This document shows positions 54,113 to 64,000 of a stretch of DNA of 64,000 nucleotides, piece after piece. The DNA is from Podarcis pityusensis (lineage: Eukaryota), in the NCBI GenBank assembly GCA_964106645.2, contig OZ067051.1; one strand, written 5' to 3'. Made by a program: the position numbers and the translations under genes. The notes under the pieces were generated by a model. The model did not search any database and was not told the DNA's origin. It was given only the letters and a program-made list of their open reading frames with translations. The stretch's first letter is position 1, and every line of letters begins with the position of its first letter.

Positions 54113-55172
54113 CTGCATTTTTCCGTGTAAGACAATGGTTTTAGCTAAAAAAAAATAGTCAAAATTTGGGGGTCATCTTATACACAGATGGTGAATGCAC
54201 AGGGGTTAAAAAAAACCAACACACTCTTGCTTCCCAGCCGGCCAAAAAAACCGGGATAATTTAGCTCAGGCAGCAAGCAGGCACGCACACTCTGTGGAGC
54301 CCTACAGCAAACCCGGAAGAGCAACCAAGCTGACGCGAAGCGAGCAACGAAAGAAGCAAGGCAAACCCACTAACACACACCCAATCCAATGCTCTCATGC
54401 TCCAATGCTTGCAAGCCCTCTGAGCCCAGAGAGGGGAAAGAGATACCACAAAGCAGGAGCAAGCAGACCAACGATGCACAAACACACCAACAGCCGATGG
54501 GGTGGGATGGAGGGCGCGGTGAATGAAGGGCTGGATGGGCTGCCCTGGTGTGGTAAAACACGTATGAGCTTAGCCTCACCAGCCCAAGGAGAAGTAGATC
54601 TTGGAATTAGATCTTGGAGCACACACAAACAAGCTGCACACGCTGCACAGAACTGTTTTGTGGTTAAGGGGTGCTAGCCCCAGTTAAATCACCTTGCAAA
54701 CGTCCAAGGATTAAACCCAAACCAGCACCCATGCCCCTAATTCACTCCCTCACCCAGCCACCCCAAAAACGACAGTCACTCTCCATACAGCACATGCAAG
54801 ATTCACCAATCACTGACCCTGCACACTCCTTCCTGGGGAGCCTGGAAATAATGTGGATGTGTCTGCCACCATGCAGCTGTTTAAGTTCCCTTCCTCAGTG
54901 TGGTGCCTCGAGCCATCTCTTACTGCTCAGGTTGATTGAAGGCTAGGATGCTAGCAAAGGAAAGGGAATGTGAGGTTGAGCGGGTAGGGATGTCCCCAGC
55001 TGCAAGGTTGTAAAGTCTGCAACAACAGGCGACAATCCAAGCAGAGCCAAATTAAACCAATTAAGAAAATAAACTGAGCAGCTAAATCCAGAATGTTGAT
55101 TTCTCAATTTTGGGTTGAAAGAAATAAGGATCATCTTATACATGGGGGTGTCTTATACATGGAAAAATACGT
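54113..55172. mobile_element. TcMar Tc2-like non-autonomous element (~1.06 kb)
   Basis: Ends match the 24522-24690 MITE family (ctgcatttttccgtgtaagac / gtcttatacatggaaaaatacg); TA-flanked. Confidence 0.75.
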
Positions 55173-55362
55173 TAATTGCGTACCAAATGCACACCATATT
55201 ACAAAAGAGCAGTCTTTTAAAAGAGAGAGAGAGAAATGTGACTAGGGGTACACCAATGATACTAGTAGGAAGGAAGTATGTATGAAAAGGTGATTTAGTA
55301 TCTCTTGAAGACAAGAGCTTAGAAGCATTTACTGGTGGGGGAAAACATTAGGCAATGAGGTA

Positions 55363-55581
55363 CAGGCAGCCCCCCATTTATGCACGTGCAGTATGTGTGT
55401 GAGTGTATATACATGCATTGCGCCGAACCTGGAAGCAACATAAATATGTCACTAAATTGTCACTAAAAGGGTGGAATGGTGGCAGAGTGTCGTTTTTTTC
55501 AGTGTGTTGCAATTATACTCGATTTCACTGATGCACATGGTGCCTCGGAATGTAATCCCTGCGTAAATGGGGGGCTGCCTG
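55363..55581. mobile_element. TcMar MITE
   Basis: 22-bp TIRs CAGGCAGCCCCCCATTTAyGCA with TA duplication. Confidence 0.88.
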
Positions 55582-55899
55582 TACCTTGTCATACAAGTAT
55601 ATCATGAAAATACGAATGAATTGCTTTACACAGTTGTGATAACCACTAGCATAAATGGTTTTTTAAAAAGATTGGATAAATAAATGTGTGTAAGGTGGTG
55701 GTAATGAAGCAGTACAAAGCCTATTAACAATGACGGCCAGAATTCCAATTGGGTAAAGTGGATGTCTATTTCTTGATTACAAACGCTGTGAATAAACAGG
55801 ATGGGAATTGGTATCACAACCTGTTTCTCTTGGGTGCACTTCTTATCAATACTGAAAGATAGAAAGCGAAGAGATTTTTTTTCTATCTTAACAAGCAGA

Positions 55900-56165
55900 G
55901 AATCATAGAATTGTATAATTTGAATTGGAAGGGACATCTAGTCTAACCCCCTGCAACATCTGTGACCGGTGACCATCCAACCTCTGCTTAAAATCCTCCA
56001 GTGAAGGAGAGTCCACCACCTTGCAAGGGAGTCCATTCCACTATTGAACAGCTCTTATCATCAAAAAGTTCTTCCTGGTGTTTAGTCGGAATCTCCTTTC
56101 TTATAGCTTGAATCCTACCTTCCAGAGCAAGAGAAAAACAAGCTTGCTCTGTCTTCCATGTGATA
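55900..56165 (-). mobile_element. CR1 LINE 3' end
   Basis: Same family sequence as 39977-40298. Confidence 0.85.
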
Positions 56166-56242
56166 GAATGATGGTATACATCTAATTTCCCCCAATCTTT
56201 GCATTATATTATATAGTCTGTGCTCTTTCTTTCTACTGTTAG

Positions 56243-56316
56243 GTATGGGAGAACGAGCAGGTGCTGCATCTTGGGGAGCAAGTGGTCAATCAAGTCCTTC
56301 ATATGAATCTACAAGG
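56243..56316 (+). CDS. TCF12: TCF12 third coding exon (G-MGERAGAASWGASGQSSPSYESTR)
   Basis: ctgttag acceptor, gtaaga donor, 74 nt, phase 1 in and phase 0 out. Similar to mammalian [25 protein letters not shown]. The gene continues beyond the window. Confidence 0.93.
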
Positions 56317-57155
56317 GTAAGAGTATAATTTGACTACAGTTGATTATAGGCAGAAGTATGGCTAACAAAAGAGCATTTATTGTATATGCATATGGTCTGT
56401 GGTTCAGAGGTGGTACCTAGAACTAATCTATCAGCAGACAAGAAAACATTAGTAGGCAATCTTCCTGCCCATACCTGTATCTTGCAGGATTGCTTGAGTG
56501 GTGAATTGATGAACATCTTTGCACAAATTAATTATTAATTGCATTTTTAAAGAATTTCTTTAAAGAAAATGATTATTTATCATCAGTGATGGAAACCAAT
56601 CTAGATATGCAGGAGATCTGGGCTCGCTCCTCCCCCCTCCCTGCAGTTACCTGAGTAAAATCTGTTCATGGAACAGCTTGCCACTTTCTGCAAAATATCC
56701 AGGTACCCAGGCAGTCACCACCCGTCTCTACATTACAGTTACAGACATTTTAAAAAGTGGCAGATCCTGTTCATGGATCTCCTGTAATGTATTTAAGATA
56801 CAATAAAACTATAAAGTTTTTAACAATAGTAGCCTTTGTTAATTCCAGTTATTTTAAATATAATACAGTGTGAACATAATGCTCTACAGAATCAGTAATA
56901 TAGTATGCACATTTAAAATAGTTTAATAAATGTTAAATAAAAGATCACAGTTGTTTACTTGAGGGGAAATGATTACCTTTTTACTTTGAGTTAGGATACG
57001 TCAGGAGGGCAGGGGTGGGGAGCCTCTGGACATGAAGATGTTGTTTTAGCCCAATTCCTGACAACCCTGGCCACCATGGCGAGTGGTCAGGAATGATGGG
57101 AGTTTTAGCTTAGCAGCATATGGAGTGGCACAGGTTCTCCACCACTCCTGTAGAG

Positions 57156-57404
57156 CAGGGGTGGGCAACCTAAGGCCCGGGGGCCGGATCCAGCCCAATC
57201 GCCTTCTCAATCTGGCCTGCGGACGGTCCAGGAATCAGCGTGTTTTTACATGAGTAGAATGTGTGCTTTTATTTAAAATGCATCTCTGGGTTATTTGTGG
57301 GGCATAGGAATTCATTCTTTTCTTTTTCAAAATATAGTCCGGCCCACCACATGGTCTGAGGGACGGTGGACCGGCCCACAGCTGAAAAAGGTTGCTGACC
57401 CCTG
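57156..57404. mobile_element. hAT-Charlie-like MITE
   Basis: CAGGGGT...CAACCT / AGGTTG...ACCCCTG termini; perfect 8-bp TSD CTGTAGAG. Confidence 0.92.
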
Positions 57405-58229
57405 CTGTAGAGTGTCCTCTATACTTCAGTGAGACCAAGAGACAAAATTGCACCAGTGGCTGAATTAGAGAGAGCTTTGCATTCCAGGGGTAGGCAAAAA
57501 TTGCAAGCGCAAGGGGCGTCATATCTGACATAGGCACATCTTTTTCTTGCTTTTGTCATATTGGGCAAGACACAGTTTGAGATGCTGGCTTTGCATTGGT
57601 AAGATACAAGAGATTTCCCCCTGCCATATGGCAGATACTTGTGCATCCATTGAGCATTAGTTTAAAATGTCAGAGACTTCGGTATGCTATGTGACAGAAG
57701 GTACTGACTGCTATAGACATGCAGATGGTCCCTGGGTGTCTTGTCTCTTCCTGTTCTAAGTTCAGTCCTTGTCTCCTCTAAAATGAATTGAGATCCTGTG
57801 AGGTTACTCCACTGTGTTAACCTTGTTGTTTATGTTGCCTTTATTTATTTATCTAACCCTCTTTTAAAGTCATTGAAATTGATGGCCATCACTGCATCTT
57901 TTGGGAGTGAATTTCACAGTTTAGTCCATTTCCTAACATTCCCTAACATGGAATTCAATATTTTCACAGCTGCTGTACCTCATTGACCATCCACTGTGAT
58001 CCCAAGGTCTCATCTCTGGTCAATCACCAGCAGTTCAGACTCCCTGAACTGTGTATATGTAAAATGAGGATTTTTGCCCCGATGTCTTTTTTCTTTTTAA
58101 TGTATAAACCACTTTGATATGTTTTGTAATTTAGCAGTATATAAATACTTTTATAAATACATAATCATCACTTTACACTTGAATTGAATTGAGTTTACTA
58201 TTTTACTCTCCATTCACCCAGTTGGGTGA

Positions 58230-59215
58230 GATAAGAACATGAAGAAGAAGAGTTTGGATTTGATATCCCGCCTTTCACTCCCCTTAAGGAGTCTCAAAGC
58301 GGCTCACATTCTCCTTTCCCTTCCTCCCCCACAACAAACACTCTGTGAGGTGAGTGGGGCTGAGAGACTTCAGAGAAGTGTGACTGGCCCAAGGTCACCC
58401 AGCAGCTGCAGGTGGAGGAGTGGGGAAGCGAATCCGGTTCACCAGAATACAAGACTACCGCTCTTAACCACTACACCACACTGGCTCCAGCTTGCTGGAT
58501 CAGGCTGATGGCCCATCTAGTCCAGCATCTTTTTTCTCACAGTGACTATCCAGATGCCTGTGGGAAACCCACAAGCAGAACCTGAGCACAAGAGCACTTT
58601 GCCTTCCTGTGGTTTCCAGAAACTGGTACTCAGCAGCATACTGCATACTGCTGCTGACAGTGGAGGCAGAGCGCAGCCATTGTGACTAGTAGCCACCGAT
58701 AGCCTTCTCCTCCATGAATTGTCTAATCTCCTTTTAAAGCCATCCAAGTTGATAGTCATCACTGCTTTCTGTGGGAATGAACTCCATAGCTTAACTATGT
58801 GTTGCATGAAGAAGTATTTCCTTTTTATCTGTCCTGAATCTTCCAACATTCCCCTTCATTGGATGTTCATGAGTTCTAGTGTTGTGAGTGATGGAGAAAA
58901 ACTTTTGTCTATCCACTTTCTCCATTCATGGATAATTTTATAAACATCTATCATGTCAGCTCTGACTTGCCTTTTTTGTAAACTAAAAAGTCCCAAGCAT
59001 AGCATCAACCTTTCCTCATAAGAGAATGCTCCATCCCCATCATCGTTTTATTAGCCTTTTGCTGAATACTTTCCAGCAGTACAATATCCTTTTTGAGGTG
59101 AGGTGACCACATCCTTTTCAAATTCCTCACAATCACTTTTTGTTTTTATATCCCTGAACAGTTTGGTGATATCAGTTAGGCTGGCTATCCCACTGCTCAC
59201 TCCTAATTCCATATC
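58230..59215 (-). mobile_element. CR1 LINE 3' fragment
   Basis: KRKYFFMQHIVKLWSSFPQ...LDGFKRRLD peptide and ataagaacat tail; more CR1 remnants at ~57850-58230. Confidence 0.85.
58241..58487 (-). mobile_element. tRNA-derived SINE (Squam3/POM-like) with (CTT)n tail, nested in a CR1 tail
   Basis: 5' end gagccagtgtggtgtagtggttaag on the minus strand, ggcccaaggtcacccag core, gaagaagaag tail. Confidence 0.88.
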
Positions 59216-59949
59216 TGTTATCAAAACAATTTTGTTGACTGCAGAGACACCTGGAAGGCAATTGCATTTCTTTACAGACATGTTTTCAGTTGCTTCCGAG
59301 GGCAATTAGAGTTTTGTAGTCTCTAGAGGAAAATGTGCCTAGTTCCTCTCAAGGTCCATTGTGCCAGGGTTATTCCAATGTTGCTTCTACAATGCAATAT
59401 TCAGGGACTTCATTCAAACAATTCATAAAGGATTGTTTTAGTTTGTATACTCCAGATTTGTGATTATTACTATTTTTTGCACGTTCAAGACAGAATTGGT
59501 TCAGCCAGGGTGGTGGTTTGTGTGACAAAACAAGCCTGCTAATTTCTCATGTGAGGGACTGCACAGGGACCATGAAGAAAACAGGGTTGCTTACCTCTAG
59601 CTGTTCCTAGAACGAACCCTTTTCCAGTCATATGTCACACTTTCTTCCTCTATCATATGGACTCTGTCTCAAGTCCAGGTGGTGATATCTATTAAGGGTG
59701 CCTGTACTATGGAGAGGGTGAACAGAGTGTCCCTTGCTTTGCGCAAAGCACATGGCTGAAAGCAGGGGAGCTCCAACTCTTCCTTTTAGAACTTCTGGAA
59801 CGTTCCACCTCTTGTCCATGTGCAAATGCAGCTCCTTATATAGGAGTGCGAAACAAACTACCAAACACTTGAACAGTTCAGTAAGCAACCTTTTTTTTGC
59901 TTTTTGTTAAGCATAATCATTAAATGCCAGACTTTTGTTTTAAAGTGAG

Positions 59950-60392
59950 GTACAATGTTTAAAAAATTTTTGGAACATTTGATTGGAAAAAAAATTAAAG
60001 ATTATTTACAGAAATACTGTAAAATCAATGAATGTTAGAAAAATGTTGGAATGAAGTTACATGGCTTTAGTAGAAATGTTATAAGGAATTAAGTATAAAT
60101 AGATTAATAGAGCATTAAAGGGAAAAATAAGGTTAGAATGAGTTAAGATAATTATAGGATAGAAAACAGAGGAAGATGGAAAGGAATTGCGGAAATAATT
60201 AACAGAAGTGGAATACAAAAAGGGAGGTGTGAGGAGGTCGTGGAAATAAGGGAATGAAAGATGGGATAATGAAATTGTTTGATTTATTTTATTGTTTTTG
60301 TTTTGTTTTGCTAGTTTAATGTATTGTATTGTTGTTTTTTTCAGTGTTTAAATTTTATGGAAAAGTAATAAATATTATTTAAAAAACAACAA
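59950..60392 (+). mobile_element. L1 3' end (ORF2 terminal codons, 3' UTR, A-rich tail)
   Basis: ...KDYLQKYCKINEC* followed by a 3' UTR similar to 26800-27288 and AATAAA. Confidence 0.75.
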
Positions 60393-61785
60393 CAAATGTT
60401 ATTTTAATTTTGCCCTAATTTTTCTGAATATTTCCTTGCTTACAGGAAAATGGTGGCCTCCTTGGAAAAAGCTCAGATCTCTCAACAGCTCTTGAGAAGC
60501 TGAAACATGAGGAGGTGGGATTTGTTTTCTCTGTAATTATTTGCGTGCATCTGGGGTTCTAAAGTGAAAAAAAAGATGGTTCTCAAAAGTTTGAGTTGCT
60601 CAAAGGTGGGTTCAAAGTTCTAGTAGTAGAAAGGCTTGTGCAGCAGACAGCCACAGACTCTTCTCTTAGCAGCAAAAATGTATTATTGCAGCCATCTAAA
60701 CTACTATGCTAAGCAGGGAAGCTGCAGAGCACAGGCAAGGGACACAGTGTACTTCTGGCTATAGACACTTCATCTCCATCCTGCTCTCTTCATAGGAAGA
60801 ACTCTGGTATGCCCTGCTTTAGTCTTCTTCAAATACCAGTGTTATGTTAATGTACTAGTCCACAGATCCTTGTTAGCAGCAGGTTGCATACATCACTGTG
60901 TGTGCAGGATTTTGTATGCACAGCTGGGTGGGGCTGGTAGACACAGTGTAAGTTTAAAAGGGGCAGATTGTTTCAGAAGGGACGGTATGAGTTTAGAGGA
61001 GAGGCCACAGAGCACCTGCTTTGCATACAGCAGTTTCCAGATTCTAGTTCTGGCATCTCTAGTCAAAAGGTTCAGATAGCAAGTGATGGGAAAGGCTTTT
61101 ACTTGTCTGAGACTCGGGGCAGCTGAAGCCTTTCAGAGGAGACAATTATTAATCAATTAAATGTGTATACCGCACTATGCCCGAAGCCTTCAGGTTGGTT
61201 CACAACATAAATTCTAGGCTAGATGGACAAATAGTCTGAACATCAGCAAATTCTTACATTCCAAGACAAAGGCCCAAGTACAGAAACTTTTAGGAACACT
61301 GAATAAATGATACATGCTTCTTCATTTATATTCCACATATAACAAAGTTTTCTCAGTGAAGTTTGCAAAATATCACTTTTAGAAACAACAATAAGACATG
61401 TAATGTAATAATTGGTATAATGAATAAAAACAACTCTTGAGTTGTTAAGCATGGAGGATAAAACAGTAAAGCTAAGAACATGATCTAAAATCTTGCTGGG
61501 TCTCTCAAAGTCTGGAAAATAAAAAGGGTCTTGTTGGCACCAAAAAGTTAAAGGTCAATATCAATACTGATTTGTGCTTGGAAATAGTCTGGGAGCCATT
61601 ATAGGGATTATAAATTTGTAGAACCCAACCCCGTTTGGTTACCTTTCGGCCATATTTGAGACCAGCTGAAATTTTTGGACCATATCCAGTCTGTTCCTTG
61701 TACAAAATACTGCAGTATTCCACACAAGAGGTTACCAGGATGTAACCAAGTGAAGCAAGGCTATACCTGGTCAGCTAGTCGTATA

Positions 61786-62027
61786 CAGTGATACCTCGGG
61801 TTAAGTACTTAATTCGTTCCAGAGGTCTGTGCTTAACCTGAAACTGTTCTTAACCTGAAGCACCACTTCAGCTAATGGGGCCTCCCGCTGCCACCGTGCC
61901 ACCAGAGCACGATTTCTGTTCTCAACCTGAAGCAAAGTTCTTAACCTGAAGCACTATTTCTGGGTTAGCGGAGTCTGTAACCTGAAGCGTATGTAACCTG
62001 AAGCATATGTAACCCGAGGTACCACTG
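61786..62027. mobile_element. TcMar-Tigger-like MITE
   Basis: CAGTGATACCTCGGGTTA / TAACCCGAGGTACCACTG TIRs; repeated taacctgaag motif. Confidence 0.9.
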
Positions 62028-64000
62028 TGGCTGGAATATACTCCTGGAACTATGATATACAAAATGTCTGGTGTCAGTTGCATGCAAGAGTCCTTTTTCA
62101 CCAACTGATCTGTGGTTAAGACCTCATTCTTTACTTTACAGTTCACTAGTTTCTAACTTCAAGGCTTTACTGGCTGCAGGTTGTGCTCAGTGGAGGTGGT
62201 AGGGATGTCACCTAATGGAAAAGGCATTCTGAAGCACAGTTTTGTGGGTACAGTTTGGGTGGCTTGTGTTTTTATCAATAGTTACTTGAGAAGCCTGCCA
62301 ACTGTTTCTTAGAAACAATTTCCTTCCCAATCTCCCTTATCTTAATGGCTTTCTCAGTAACTCCCTGTCACTGAGCAGGGGCTCCTGTGACTGACTGGTT
62401 TTCTTTTACACTCATCCCCCACAATGAATGTGTTAGTTTCCCACATCTTTCCCACCCTGTGTTAGCTGTTTTTTGAGTTGTGGAACCCTCTGAGTAGAGA
62501 GCCATATGGATGTTATGTTTTGTGGAGAGCCAAGCACACTGTTCATACTACATTTACAAGCTTATTACTTTATTTTAGTAATATCTGAAGTTCGTCAGTA
62601 ATGGTGAGTGGGAAGGGGAATATAGACAACTATGAGCGCCTCATTTTAAATTTAGACGCTCATTTTAATGTTTTATTTCAAAGACTGTCAACCAGCTTTT
62701 GTTGATTGTTTTTAAAAATCATTTCCTCCGGGCTGTTTATAATAGCTAGGCTCCTGTCTTTATTTGCATGCTTTTCTCCCTCTCTAGCAAAGCCGATAAT
62801 GCTAGTTTTAATATTGTGCATTGTTTCTCCTGTATTAACATGCCATTGCTAACTAGGATGACTCTAGAACACAACTGTATTCTTTAGCAAAGCTTCAGCA
62901 GTATTTAGTGGCTTCAGTTAGCTATAGATTGTGATTCACTTCTCCCCACTGTTGGTGTTTTATTTTTGGTTCTTAAAACTTGAGAGTTGTGACTTGTTAC
63001 TTTGAGTCTTGCTGCATTAATTGGATAAAAGATCAAATCATTAGAAGATTATGCTTGATAGATGGTGTACTCTGCAAGTTATTTTGTTCAGCTAGTGTCT
63101 TATAATATTCTTCTGTACTTGAATATAAAATAAATGCATTCAGTGACCTTGGCTAGGAGCCTCTCATTTCCTGGGCAGCTGCTGCTACTTGCTGGCTGTC
63201 TGACAGATGGGGCCAGGTCATGGATACCGGAGGACACCCTTGTAGTCATAAGCAAGTTGTAAATGTCACTAAGATTTTTTCTGAATGTCTATCACATGTG
63301 TATCGCTGATTCTGAAGTAGGTAAAGTGAGTAATCTTCTGGGGCTCCCAGAAGATAAATGCTCAGGCAGTATAGCAGAAAGTTGTGACATGCATCTATAA
63401 GCAGTTGTAGGAATCTGACAGATATTTAGCCCTTAGTTACTAGCCCTTTGGTTGAACTGACAGCACGCCTGCAAAGATAGGGAGGCCTATTTCAGCCCCA
63501 TTAATGTCGTCTTGAATTCAAGCCCACAGCCTGGAAAATGATGAATGTTCAGTGATTGATGATTTCAGAGTCCTTAGGGATTCTGGGTGGTTTCTTATTG
63601 CTGCAGGCCAGAGCAATTTACTCTTTTGCTTGAGCCTGTCTTAGAAGTTGTTTAATGCTTCAATGCAAAGAGATTTAAAGAACCTGGTTATGTGACATTC
63701 TAAGCAAAACATCAGTAAATACAAAAATTATGTTTCCTCCCATTCCAAATCCTATGCCCTCAAATTCTGATCTTAGAAAAAGGTACCTCCCCACTCTTGT
63801 ACAATGAAACAGAATAGCAGCAATTTGTAGATGCTTCCTGTCACCATCCCTGAAGTTATTTAACAATTTTTTTACATCGCTTGATTGGAGTAAAACCTAA
63901 ACAGCTTATAAGAGATATTAAAATTACTAATAAAAAACTTTAAAAAGCTAAAAACATATACAATAATTAAATTAACAGTAAAAAAGATTAAAACATCTGT

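Noticed and set aside
56317-64000. Next canonical TCF12 exon (GFTDSPHY-like)
   Set aside because: No matching sequence found; presumably lies beyond the window.

Overview
Vertebrate genomic DNA; the repeat content (Sauria SINE, Squam3-type SINE, young L2, CR1, many hAT and TcMar MITEs) points to a squamate, probably a lacertid lizard. The window holds the 5' end of TCF12 (HEB, class I bHLH E-protein) on the + strand: a CpG-island promoter/first exon (~6.8-8.8 kb) and coding exons at 8660-8734, 9574-9646 and 56243-56316, with a ~46.6 kb TE-rich intron between the last two. The main unexplained signal is a chain of five phase-compatible, AG/GT-bounded exon-like segments (1672-5489) just upstream of the TCF12 promoter. 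They join into a ~620-codon frame broken by ~20 stops, probably a unitary pseudogene of a gene I cannot identify. Other notable items: a full-length 2.17 kb non-autonomous L1-type element with a 16-bp TSD and a 210-aa ORF; a young L2 insertion whose 5' end is fused to a copy of neighbouring genomic DNA; a ~1.26 kb fold-back structure enclosing an L1 RT fragment; and several nested insertions. TE family names come from motif recognition, not database searches.
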